A stretch of 64,000 nt of DNA from Octopus sinensis (GCF_006345805.1 NC_042998.1:55180001-55244000); one strand, 5' to 3'; counted from the first letter of the stretch, positions 35,360-47,104 are shown. Translations and numbers: made by a program. The notes: generated from the letters alone by a model not told the origin.

Positions 35360-37330
35360 CGGTCATCAGGATAGGGCCGTATATAATAACATTAACATTT
35401 TAAGTAAGGACGGGAGCGCGGCGGATGCCGGGGTAGTCGCTCCCGCATTTAATTTAGCGAACAAGGATAATTATCGGTCCGGGAGGTCTTACACTAACCC
35501 AAGACCCGTATTAATCCGAGAATCACCCACCCGAATGCGAGAGCTGGCGTCCCGACCCATCACACTGATAGGAATAACTATATGGTTGTTAATCCCCTTT
35601 GGTAAGCAGATTAGAACTAACCTCCCCTCATGTTTAGACAAGCCATCGCCAATAACTTCCCAGAAATTCCAAATATTACTCCACGGTTAACTCACTAAAG
35701 TTAGGATAGCTTTCTCCAACACTAAAAACCTCGCCCAGATAATCGCCTCCCATAATAATAGGCTACTTACTAAGACCCTATCACCTTTTTCCGGAGGCAC
35801 AGCCTCTTCCGCTCCCGGTTTAATGCTCAGTAGGAATAATTATAGTAGTAATAATGATATAAGAGCCAGTACAGTGACACATAATCTCAGCTCCAGCCAG
35901 GGAGTACCCACTAGGGGTATAGTTATAAATAGGGGTGTTGTGGTGACGGTAACAATGGGAGTAGGGTAGAGAGCCCCATTAGCATCCCCAGCATCATTTC
36001 CCGCAATAGCAGTACCACGGGCAGTAGCAATGACAGCACTCTGATAGATAGTGGAGAATCAGGGGTTATTCCTATAGTTAAAAGTGACGTAGTGGAAATA
36101 GAGTAGTAAGCGGCTGCAGGTCTCGGAACGAATATAGTGACAGGAACGCAGTTCTAATTTCAGAAACCAATCCTAGCAGATTAAGATTCACGTCGGCGAA
36201 CTCCAAGATCAAAAAACGCCGTCTACCAATGCAAGGTTTACACGGACTCAGATGCCTTCACTTATGTAGGGGCATCATCCTCAAGATTGTCTTTGCGTGT
36301 CTCCAACCATTACGCAACTTTTCGGGACGTGAACAAGCGCCAGACCACGGGACTCAGTAAGCTAATATGGCGACTGAAGGATGCGAACTTAAGCTATAGG
36401 CTGGAATGGTCAATTTGTCGGTGGCCCTCCCATTTGATAGGGGCAGAAGACAGTGCAACCTTTGTGTCTCCGAACTCTTCCATATTTTGTTTGCCAGAGG
36501 CCGGATGGTAAACGGGCTCTTACAGTCGGCTTTTCGATGCCCCCATTGGCGGCGCGTTACACTTATCTGGCCTTTAAATAGCGTTTATAAATAATACCGG
36601 CACCCATAGCCCTTGGTAACAAATTCTGAAATAGCCTTTAAGATATCTACGATTGACCACTGCAAGGGGAATTACTCCTGTAAGACAAACGGGGCTTGGT
36701 TTTTTCACAGCGGGGGGTTTCCTTGACAAGGTAGGCTTAGATGAACACACACACACATAAAACATAATATATATATATAATTTTTTTATTTTTTTCTTTC
36801 TGTCACCCAACGGTTATCACGGCAGTAGCCACTGACAGCCGAACGATCAAACGCACACACGTACACAAAAAATGTTTTCTACCCCTACGCCAACACACAC
36901 ATATATAGAACAGTATACACACACACACGTCTCTAAGTAGATTTTTTCTCGCCACTTATAAAACATCCAATATTCTTAAATAGTCAGAACTTTATTCTCG
37001 GTCACAAAGAACATCTATACACCCTCACCCACATGATTGACCGATGCCTGACCCGTTGAATTCTTCAGCCACCGGTTCTCAACATACACTGATAAACAGT
37101 TTCGCCATGGGCTCTTAGGAGCACAGTTCGATTTTTTTTTGCTCCGCCTCTGTTCTGTTTTTGTTTTTCCAACGGATTTCCTTTTTTCTCCTGAAGAGAA
37201 AGACACAATATGGTCCCATTATTCAATCGGATTTTGGTATTTGTGCCTTTCGAAACAGTGTGTAGATGAAATAAAACGATTTCTGTTCAATCTGCGTTCA
37301 GCTCCATTTCTTCAATTCACCAATAATGTT
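35360..37330 (+). mobile_element. Penelope-like element, right arm (35651-37330) plus 291-bp unique 5' extension forming the palindrome spacer
   Basis: Reverse complement of the left arm with scattered 1-2 nt indels; spacer translates to ..ITIWLLIPFGKQIRTNL.. (cf. PLE IxWFNPPxSxxVxTN), upstream of the linker. Confidence 0.9.
37185..37271 (+). ncRNA. Hammerhead ribozyme, right-arm copy
   Basis: Same core CTGAAGAG..CGAAAC..GTA; stems III and I differ slightly (agtgt loop, gatgaaa). Confidence 0.7.
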
Positions 37331-37464
37331 TTAATTTCAATTATCCGCACCAACGCACGGTTGCAACGCCAGATGGTTGTACCTCCAACCGTGCTGTTTA
37401 CTGCTGTGATTTTTGCTACTAAGGTATCGGTTAAACTGTTGATTAATCTACTACAAGATTATTC

Positions 37465-37618
37465 ATCTTTCTATTTCACATAATATATATATGTATATAT
37501 ATATATGTATATATATGTATATATTATATATATATATGTATATATATATGTATGTTTTGCAAAATAGTGGTTTTGTCTCGAATTAATATTATATATGTAT
37601 GTATATATATATATATAT

Positions 37619-37653
<35 letters not shown>

Positions 37654-37720
37654 TGTATGTATATATGTATTATGTATATATATATGTATGTATATATATA
37701 TATGTATTGTATATATATAA

Positions 37721-37762
<42 letters not shown>
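37465..37762. repeat. (TA)n/(TATG)n tract
   Basis: Seen directly. Confidence 0.95.
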
Positions 37763-37763
<1 letters not shown>

Positions 37764-39248
37764 ATCATCATCTTTTCATCGTTTAACGTCCGCTTTCATG
37801 CTGGCATGGGTAGGACGGTTTGACTGAGGACTGGCGAGCCAAATGGCTGCACCAGGCTCCAATCTGATCTGACAGCGTTTCTACAGCTGGATGCGCTTCC
37901 TAACGCCAACCACTCCGAGAGTGTAGTAGGTACTTTTACGCGCCACCGGCACGAGGGAAAGTCAGGCAGTACTGGCAACAGCCGCACTCAAGTGGTGTTT
38001 TTTACGTGCCACCTGCACAGGAGCCAGTCCAGCGGCACTGGCACCGACTTCGCTCGAACGTTGTTTTTTACGTGCCAGTAAGGCGACGCTGATAACGATC
38101 ACGCACGAATGGTGCTTTTTACGTGCCGCTGGCACGGGAGCCAGTCAGCGGCCCTGGCACCGATCACGCTCGAATGGTGCTCTTAGATTTCCACTAGCAC
38201 GAGCCAGCCAGGCGGCGCTGTCATCGACCATGTCAGCGAATTTAATTTCGATTTCACTTGCCACAACAGGTTTTCGCAAGGAGAGTTTAGTGTCCAATGA
38301 AAGAAAGGTACGCATAAGTGGTCTGGTTACACCACTGGCATAGGCCACGGGTTATGGTCTCACTTGCGCTTGCTGGGTCTTCTCAACCACAGCTTTTTCA
38401 AAGGTCTCGGTCACGAGTCATTGCCTCGGTGAGGCCTAATATCTGAAGGTCATGCTTCACCACCTCATCCCAGGTCTTCCTGGGTCTACCGCTTTCACAG
38501 GTTCCCTCAACCGCTAGGGTGAGACACTTTTCCACACAGCTACCCTCATCTATTTTCACCACATGACCATACCAGCGCAGTCATCTCTCTTGCACACCAC
38601 ATCTGATGCTTCTTAGGTCTAACTTTTCTCTCAAGGCACTTACACTCTGTCGTGTAAGCACACTGACATTACACATCCAGCAGAACATACTGGCTTCATT
38701 CCTTGCAGGCTCATGTTTCACTGCCATATAGCATGGCTGTTTGTACACATGCATCATGCAGTCAACCTTTTACTCTGAGGGAGAGGCCCTTTGTCACCAG
38801 CAGAAGTAGGAGCTCTCTGAACTTTGCCCAGGCTATTCTTATTCTAGCAGCTACACTTTCAGAGCACCCACCCACGCAACTGACTTGGTTACCTAGGTAA
38901 CGGAAGCTATCAACTACTTGTAGTTTTTCTCCCTGGAATGTGGCAGAGGTTGTTCTCTGCACATTTTCAGTGTTTATTGCTCCTGGGTATCTGCCACATA
39001 CAATAACTATCTTCCCAGTTAGCCTTCCTTTGGTATTGCTGCACCACTTATGTGTCCATAGCTTACACTGGGTACATCTTATAGAGTTTCTACCTACGCC
39101 TTATCTACAGATCCAGCAGGGCCATCTACCTGAAGGGATTTGTGATTTGTCTGCCTGCCTACTTATTAAGACTTTGGTTTTAGCTTGGTTGACTCTAAGG
39201 CCCTTCGATTCTAGTCCTTGCTTCCACAACTGAAACTTCTCTAGTTCT
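37762..39248 (-). mobile_element. RTE-clade LINE, 5'-truncated 3' portion
   Basis: WKQGLESKGLRVNQAKTK, Cys-rich insert, EKLQVVDSFRYLG, ARIRIAWAKFREL, AMLYGSETW, LRWYGHV, GRPRKTWDEVV; 3' UTR with imperfect ~60-bp repeats and a (GAT)n-like tail. Confidence 0.9.
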
Positions 39249-39250
39249 GA

Positions 39251-39295
<45 letters not shown>

Positions 39296-39298
<3 letters not shown>

Positions 39299-39390
39299 TA
39301 ATCCAAACAAGAAAACAAAAGACAACAACGCAAGGATGTGGAACAAATAAAGTATTATTGGACGCTCAGGAAGAGGGAAAGAAGGAATGT
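39296..39390 (-). repeat. Truncated copy of the hammerhead-bearing short element at 47142-47330
   Basis: aaagttaatccaaac..acaacaacgc.agga.gtggaacaa.ta.agtattattgg.cgctcaggaa is shared. Confidence 0.75.
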
Positions 39391-39606
39391 ATATACATAA
39401 ATATACATACGTATATATATGGATGTAGGCATGTATATATGTATAATATTATATACATACGTTATATATTATATACATATATATACGTATATATATATAT
39501 GGATGTATGCATATATATATATACGTATATATATATATGGATGTATGCATATATATATATAATATATGTTATATATATGGTATATTATATATGTATATAT
39601 ATATGG

Positions 39607-39649
<43 letters not shown>

Positions 39650-39700
39650 GCATATATACGTATGTATATTGTGTGGTGTGTGTGTGTGTGTGTGCGCGCG
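39390..39700. repeat. (TA)n/(TG)n degenerate tract
   Basis: Seen directly. Confidence 0.9.
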
Positions 39701-40131
39701 CGTTTAGAAGGTTGCTTGTTATGGCCGATCAGAGTGACCATTCATTTCGCGCCCATAAAGCACTTAGCTGAACAAGTTACCCGTTAGATACATTTGGCCG
39801 GAGGTACATAAGCTCTCTACAATTGGAGGGCGGAAAACATCACGGTCAGTTAATTTTGCAAACAAAATATTCCGGAACGAAACTCTACTGGCAAAATCTT
39901 GGGCGAGGCGGAGTTAACCCCTTCCAGTCATGTCCACGACACGCCTGCCGAATATAGCTGAAGGTGGCAGCATTTCCCTAGGCGGCAAACAGGGAATTCA
40001 ATGTTTCGAACACAAATTTCGTCCGATGAAGGCACTGACTAAACATCTCTTTTTTGGAATTTAAAAAGGTCCCTGGACCAAGTGAGCTTTTCAGGAGTCT
40101 TGTTCTTTTGTCCCAGCAAAAGTTTACATGG

Positions 40132-40241
40132 TTTTCTCCCATTGAGGTACGGCCCCGATTGTTCTAGTGACCCCCATTTAATTATGCATGGTGTAATGGG
40201 GGTCACTAGAACAACCGGGGCCGTACCTCAACGGGAGAAAA
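40132..40241. repeat. 47-bp-arm hairpin (2 mismatches, 16-nt loop)
   Basis: ttttctcccattgaggtacggccccgattgttctagtgacccccatt / aatgggggtcactagaacaaccggggccgtacctcaacgggagaaaa. Confidence 0.9.
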
Positions 40242-41030
40242 TTATCCTCTTTTAAACGCCATACGTAGCTGACCAGAGGCGTGATTTTGCACCCCTTTGG
40301 TAACCTAAAGGAGGATCTCTGATTGTTAAGAAGATGATTGTTAAGACGATGATTGTTAAGACGATTGTTAAGGGATGTCTGTAGATCTGACATATTTCCA
40401 GCCCTTCTGCTGGTGGTGCTACAACTGTTGTTGCTGTCATCACTGCCGCAGCTGCTGTTACTGCCAGACCCGTTTTTGGTGCTTCTCCATGTATCCCTGC
40501 CGATGCTGCTTCTATTGCTGGACGCGATGCTGGAGCTGCTACTGCTTTTGCCGCCGCTGCTACTTGATGCACTGCTGGTGGAACTGCCACCGCCGCGCCG
40601 TTGCATTTATAGTTTCTTATTTCTTTATTGCCCACAAGGGGCTATACAGAGAGGGGACAAACAAGGACAGACAAAAAGATTAAGTCAATTACATCGACCC
40701 CAGTGCGTAACTGGTACTTAATTTATCGACCCCGAAGGGATGAAAGGCAAAGTCGACCTCGACGGAATTTGAACTCAGAACATAAAGACAGACGAAATAC
40801 TGCTAAGCATTTCGCCCGGCGTGCTAACGTTTCTGCCAGCTCGCCGCCTTGCATTTATAGTTTCTGTTGTCATTATTGGCGGGAGCAGTGTGGTGCCGTT
40901 GCTACTGTTGCTACCAACGCTGCCTCTACTGTCGCCAGTGCCGGTCACCACCTCAGCCTCATGCACTACACCTTGGTGTTGCATCGCCCTCCCACTAGGC
41001 ACTCGAGGGTGTGGTGTTTCGATCATAAGC
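40195..41030 (-). pseudogene. Second Penelope-like GIY-YIG relic, split by low-complexity sequence and a SINE
   Basis: Across frameshifts: ECLVGGRCNTKGVVHEAEV, a Ser/Gly/Ala-rich stretch, KYVRST, TSLNNRLNNH..RSSFR..TPLVSYVWRLKE. Confidence 0.65.
40618..40848 (-). mobile_element. Full-length SINE family A (tail type 1) with 17-bp TSD
   Basis: TSD ttgcatttatagtttct at 40601-40617 and 40849-40865; tail gccccttgtgggcaataaagaaata. Confidence 0.92.
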
Positions 41031-41308
41031 TCCCTAAAGCTCTCAACATTAAGTTTTCAATATCAAATTTAAAAAATAAGTCTAAATGAAGTTATATATA
41101 TTACAATTTCAATATTTAAAGAATGGCAATATTATACTGGAAGCTGAAATTAATAACACGCGTCGGTATTAATTAAACTAATGTTGATTTTAATGAGCTT
41201 TATATTCATGGAATTTGGGTATATAAAGGCGCCTCTCATTAAATCTCTCTCCCTTTTTTCCATCTCTTTTCCCACCTCCCTCTCTTTCTCTCTTTATGTA
41301 TGTATATC

Positions 41309-41410
41309 ATTATTCAGTTTTATTTCAAGATTTTATGCCTATAGAGAAAGAGCCGGTTTCTAACCTAGATCCAAAGCTCCTTCATTGGAATTTCAACATC
41401 AACAACAGGG
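41309..41410. repeat. ~105-bp (TATG)n-associated element, copy 3
   Basis: Homologous to 5234-5338 and 5401-5503; short TATG tracts on both sides. Confidence 0.85.
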
Positions 41411-41499
41411 TATATTTGTATGTATGTATATGTGCAGATTTGTATGTTTTGTTTTATGCATGTCTTCTTGTGCATATACTTGCATATCTAGACATGCTC

Positions 41500-42700
41500 A
41501 TACATATTTAAATGATAAACTTCTGGAAAGTTTTACAGATATTTACAGTTCCAGTGACGGCTTGGATCTGTAGTCTTCGAATCAGCTTTCTCCTTTCTGG
41601 TTTTGAGAAGCCTAATTTCTCAAGATTGGTATTTAAGTATTGTGCCACATATCCTAGTGCCCCAATAATAAGATATAAACCTGAACTTGTAATCGGGATA
41701 CAGTAACTGCAGATTTCTCAATAGTTCAGCGAAGGTATTCTCTTTTTCACTAATCTTCAGCTTTATGTTAATATCCGCTGGGCAGCTGATTTCCACAACT
41801 CTAAACAATTTCTCTTCTCTACCCCAAATCATTATATCAGGTCTATTGTGTATGCGTTTTTTTAAAGTTTTCACTGGGACATTCCACCAGTACTCATTTT
41901 TATTACGAGTGGCTTTGGCTTCCACCATACTGTGGCTTCTTATTTCTTTGTCCTCAGGGTTACATCATTTTTCATCAGTAGATAATACCATGATGACATT
42001 TTCGGACAACTGTCTATGATGTGGGTGATATCTTCTGTGTTAACTCCACAAAGTCTGCATCGGTTATCTCATTTTACTGCTTTTCCTGCGTCTCTGTCCT
42101 TTTGCATATCTGGTATTTGATTGATATTTCCTGTTCCTGGATTGCAAACGCATACCCTTCAAAGTGGGAGGTAGTTATCCGGTGGTTGATCCATGATAGA
42201 CTGCTTTGATGATCAATGTTACTATCATCTCGGAGCTTTCTACTAACATATACATGCATAGACTTCTGCTCATATAGGCTCATCCATTCATCTGATGATA
42301 TGTTGCAGTGTTGCTGCGTGTTGTGTTCTTGAGCAAGGCACTTTATTTCACGTTGCTCCAGTTCACTCAGCTGTAGAAATGAGTTGCGACGTCGCTGGTG
42401 CCAAGCTGTATCGACCTTTGTCTTTCCCTTGGATAACACTGGTGGTGTGGAGAGGGGAGGCTGGTATGCATGGGCGACTGCTGGTCTTCCATAAACAACC
42501 TTGCCCGGACTTGTGTCTAGGAGGGTAACTTTCTAGGTGCAATCCCATGGTCATTCATGACCGAAGGGGGGTCTTTTTATGTTGCAGTAGAGTCGTGCGA
42601 CTTCTTTGAGCATGTATTTAAGGTTATCAGACAAAGAATGCTGCTCAATATTCAATTCATCACTCTGAGAGAAATGAGTTTTGTAATTACGGTTTCTTCT
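41500..42700 (-). mobile_element. REL-type (R4/Dong-like) LINE 3' fragment, fourth subfamily, interrupted by a SINE
   Basis: FEGYAFAIQEQEI, CRLCGVNTEDITHIIDSCP, HNRPDIMIW..VVEISCPAD, IPII.GALG. The frame ..KEVARLYCNI|SSDEWMSLYEQKSMH is restored by removing 42310-42577 and one TSD copy. Confidence 0.85.
42310..42577 (+). mobile_element. 5'-truncated SINE (family C-like central domain) with 11-bp TSD
   Basis: TSD tatgttgcagt at 42299-42309 and 42578-42588; contains ttgagcaaggcactttatttcacgttgctccagt. Confidence 0.8.
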
Positions 42701-43240
42701 ATAACTACAGCTAGAAAGAATCGGTTTACTTGTTGAGCTGTTGTTTTCGTTTTGGTCCTCGGTTGCGTTGTTGATGTTGTGCCCAGCCATGTTGATTGTA
42801 GTAACTCTCTGCATGATCGATTCAAGTTTCAGCCGGAAATCACTACGATCATGAATAAAATTCATCTGAAGTTAATTCATCTGAAGATTAATCAGTTATT
42901 TAACAGGAATGGTAGTTGCGGCTCCAAAGTTGGAGATAGTATTCATCGTATTTTCGAAAGTCTCCCACGCCGAATACGCAACATGCGTGCATGCATGCAT
43001 GTATGTATGTATGTATGTATGTATGTATGTATGTTGTATGTATGTATGTATGTATGCATGCATGTAGGTAGGTAGGTAGGTAGGTAGGTAGGTAGGTAGG
43101 TATAGCTTTCTGCCTGTCTCTTTCTCTTCCTTTCTTTCCTCCTTTCTTTTTTCTTTCTTTTTTTTTTTTTTTCTCTCTCTCTCTCTCTCCCTCTCCCCCT
43201 CGCACGCGCATATTTTATAAATTTCTTTCCCTTCTATATA

Positions 43241-43650
43241 GGCGCTGGCGTGGCTATGTGGTAAGAAGCTTGCTTACCAACCACATGGTTCTGGGTTGAG
43301 TCCCACTGCGCGGCACCTAGGGCAAGTGTCTTTTACTATAGCCCTCAGGCCAACCAAAGCCTTGAGAATGGATTTGGTAGATGTAAGCTGAAAGAAGACC
43401 GTCGTATATATATGTGTCTGTGTGCGTATGTGTGTCTGTCTGTGTTTGTCCCCCACCATCACTTGACAACCAATTTTGGTGTGTTTACATCCCCCGTAAC
43501 TTAGCGGTTCGGCAAAAGAGAACCGATAGAATGAGTACTAGGCTTACAAAGAATAAGTCCTGGGGTAGATTTGTTCGACTAAAGGCGGTGCTCCAGCATG
43601 GCCGTAGTCAAATGATTGAAACAAGTAAACGAATAAAAGAATAAAAGAAT
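43241..43650 (+). mobile_element. Full-length SINE family B with internal (TA/TG) microsatellite
   Basis: tRNA-like head ggcgtggctatgtggtaagaagc..ggttctgggttgagtcccactgc, internal microsatellite, tail gaaacaagtaaa(cgaataaaa)n. Confidence 0.88.
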
Positions 43651-43989
43651 AATCATGATTCCAGTTTTGGTACTTTCATTATTTGGAACATACCAACATT
43701 AAAAAAAAGACAAAAAAGGATGGCGGTAAACTGAAAATATCCAAACATGGCACTCGTATGTGCTGAAAGACCCCAAATAACGTAAGTCAGTGACATTTTT
43801 TTCCTTCATCGTATATTTTATCTCAGTAGGATTTTTATTGCACTCTCCATTAAATGTATTAAAAGTATGGCTTTCTTTCATGCAATGCAGTACGTGGGAA
43901 AATTATTCTTTTAGTGTTTTAATTTTTCTATGCCCAAGAATGCTTGTTATTGTACAATTAGAAAGGTGAATCACTCATGATTAATTCTT

Positions 43990-44418
43990 TTCTACTCTAG
44001 GCATAAGGCTCGAAATTTTTTTGTGGGGCGGGGCCAGTCGATTAGATCGACCCCATTACACAGCTGATACTTAATTTATCGACCCCGAAACGATGAAAGG
44101 CAAAGTCGACTTCGACGGAATTTGAACTCAGAATGTAAAGACAGACGAAATACTGCTAAGCATTTCGCCCGGCGTGCTAACGTTTCTTATTTCTTTATTG
44201 CCCACAAGGGGCTAAACATAGAGGAAAGAAACAATAACAGACAAAGGGATTAAGTCGATTACATCGACCCCAGAGCGTAACTGGTACTTAATTTATTGAC
44301 TCCGAAACGTTGAAAGCAAAGTCGACCTAGACGGAATTTGAACTGAGAACGTAACGGCAGAGAAATTCCGCTAGGCATTTCGCCCGGCGTGCTAACGTTT
44401 CTGCTAGCTCGCTGCCTT
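43990..44418 (-). mobile_element. SINE family A dimer
   Basis: Two reverse-complement family A units joined at the tail-1 end aaagaaataagaaacgttagc. Confidence 0.85.
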
Positions 44419-44452
44419 CATGTTTAATTAGGCATTTAAGATAAAGTTTATG

Positions 44453-44493
44453 CTCTGCTGAAGATGTTCAATAAGACTGAAACATTCCTAGAG
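44453..44493 (+). ncRNA. Degenerate minimal hammerhead-like motif
   Basis: ctctg-CTGAAGA-tgttc[aataa]gact-GAAACATTC|ctagag: intact core, weakened stem II, stem I ctctg/c(t)agag. Confidence 0.45.
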
Positions 44494-44899
44494 TTGTCGC
44501 TTGTACTTGCCGAAGGACAGAATAATATTTTACTGTTGCTAATATCTCTTTTTTCCCTCCCTCACCACAAATATTTCCTAGATTGTTTTTAATCCTTCCT
44601 AAATTAAATACGTTAAAACCAACTGAAATAGGGTAAATTAGTCGGAAAGTTCTTTTCAAAAAATAAACAGTTGATGAATTTGTTATTTGTTCTAAGTTTG
44701 CTACGATTAAAGTCACCGCAACCGTAACCACGGCCCCTTAATCGTACAACGTGTATTTAGGTCTATATGACCAAATGCAGTATTTTTTAAGATAACAAGG
44801 TATAATTTTAAAGAAGACTGACTTATTTCTAGGAAGAAGAGTATTATCTTAGATTAGCCATTGTTAAGCAGTTGTATGACCAAGAGTATACTAATCATT

Positions 44900-45672
44900 C
44901 TTTTTATCTCTTTTACTTGTTTCAGTCATTTGACTGCGGTCATGATGAAGCACCGCTTTAAGTCGAACAAATCGAATTCTTTGTAAGTTTAGTACTTATT
45001 TTATCGATCTATTTTGCCGACCCGCTAAGTCACGGGGACGTAAATACACCAACATCGATTGTCAAACAATGGTGGGGGACAAATAAACACACGACGGGCT
45101 TCTTTCAGTTTTTGCCTGCCAAATCCACTCACAAGGCTTTGATCGGCCCGATGCTATAGCAGAAGATACTTGCCCAAAGTCCCACGCAGTGGGACTGAAC
45201 CCGGAACCATGTGATTGGAAAGCATGCTTCTTACCACACAGCCACGCCAGCACCTATGAATATTATTCTTTTATCTTTTAATTGTTTCAGTCTTTAGACA
45301 GAGACCATGCTGGGGCACCATCTTGAAAATTTTAGCTGAACTAATCGACATCAGCACTTATTTTCTTTCTTAACCTGATGCTTATTCTATCGACTCCTAT
45401 TGCCAAACCGCTAAGTTAAGGGGACGTAAATGCAGCAACGTCGGTTGTCAAGTGGTGGTGAGGGACAAACACAGACACAAACTCACACAAACACTTGAAT
45501 ATATGTAAATATACGACGAGCTTCTTTTAGTCTCCGTCTACCAAATCTACTGACAAAGCGTTGGTTCACCCGAGGCTATAGTTGAAGACACTTGACCAAG
45601 GTGCCACCTAGTGAGACTAAACCCGCAAGTTTGTGATTGAGAAGCAAGCTTCTTACCTCACAGCCATACCTG
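44900..45672 (-). mobile_element. Two tandem SINE family B copies
   Basis: Reverse-complement full-length bodies at 44900-45255 and 45265-45672. Confidence 0.85.
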
Positions 45673-46099
45673 CTACTCTATATCAGCTTTTATTCAAATA
45701 TAATCTATTGTCGACTAGTTTTGTTATTGCGTCCTCTGCTTGTGCTGATGCTCTTAACATCAATAAACTAACAACAGCTCACTGTGGCGGCAACCCATGG
45801 AACATAAACATAACATTATCAAAACGCATTAGAAAAATATGAAACGAAAGAAAAATGTTTTCGGCGCAAAATGGACGATGTCAGGTCACACTGGGGCGAT
45901 ACTTATACAGGACGATGAAATACAATTTTTAAAACGGAGGGAAACTTTAGAGAAGCCGGCTAATATAATTCATCCGACACTCTATCAGAAATTTGAACGC
46001 CCACTCATTATTGTCTTGAATGGCAGAAAGTAACCCACTCCTTACTTCTACCAATGCATGTTACTGGTTACTACCCTAACTGAGCCAACGTGTGAAGGA

Positions 46100-46420
46100 C
46101 TTGGAGTTTAAGGTATTAGGCTCATGATCGTAAGGACGTGAATTTGATTCTCAGTGGCGCGTTGTATCCTTGAGCAAGTCACTTTATTTCCCGTTGTTCC
46201 TGTCTACTCGACTGGCAAGAATTAGTTCTACCTGTAATTCAAAGGGCCAGCCTTCTCACATTCTGTGTCACGTTGAATCTCCCTGAAAACTAAGTTAAAG
46301 GTTATGCGTGTCTATGGTGTGCTCAGACACTTGCACGTTAATTTCGCGAGCAGGCTGTTCTGCTGATCGGATCAACTAGAAGCCTCGTCAGCATAACCAA
46401 CGCAGTGCCACTTAACTGAG
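46100..46420 (+). mobile_element. SINE family C
   Basis: ggtattaggctcatgatcgtaagg..ttgagcaagtcactttatttc..agggccagcctt.tcacattctgtgtcacg..; homolog at 58120-58442. Confidence 0.8.
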
Positions 46421-46779
46421 CCAACGACAAAACTGCTTCCCGATCGCTCAACTTATTAGAAAAAGAAGCTAAATATCCTGCAAATCCTACACAACCGTCA
46501 CATGAAAAGAAAAGATACATTTGATAGTCCTATTACTCCTAAGAAAGGCAACATGATCATGACCAGAATATCTTGAACGTAAGTTTACTCAATCTGGGTT
46601 GACCCGGGTTGAACAACACTATATGCTGTTGCTTTTGTATTATTTTTTACAAAACTCATCTCGGAAAATTGCATTTCTTTTTTATCAGAAACGTAAACTT
46701 GGAAACCTGAGCATTGATTGAAAATCCTAGTTGCTAAATGTGTATGGACACACACACACACCACACACACACACAGACG

Positions 46780-46810
<31 letters not shown>

Positions 46811-46859
46811 ATGTATATACGCGTATGTCTATGTATGTATATATATATATATTTTTGTC

Positions 46860-47070
46860 ATTAATCCTTTATATTTCAGTCATTAATTAGACTGCGGCCA
46901 TACTGGAGCGCTGCCTTGAGGAATTTGAGGCGAATCGACCCTGAAACTCTTTTATTTCTTTGAGATTAGTACTTATTTTATCGGTTTCTTTGCTGAACCG
47001 CTAAGTTACCGGGATGTTAACACACTAACACCTGTTGTCAAGCAGCGACAGGGAACAAACTCAGACACAA
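46860..47070 (-). mobile_element. SINE family B, 3' half
   Basis: Reverse complement of the family B tail. Confidence 0.75.
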
Positions 47071-47104
47071 TGACTCACACACACGCATGTATACACATTA
47101 TATG

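Noticed and set aside
37920-38230. Repeat-spacer-like periodicity reminiscent of a CRISPR array
   Set aside because: Eukaryotic LINE 3' UTR; the spacers are themselves homologous and there are no cas genes.
40252-40721. 102-142 aa Ala/Ser/Leu/Cys-rich ORFs
   Set aside because: Alternative frames of the GCA/GCT low-complexity insert in the PLE relic plus SINE sequence.
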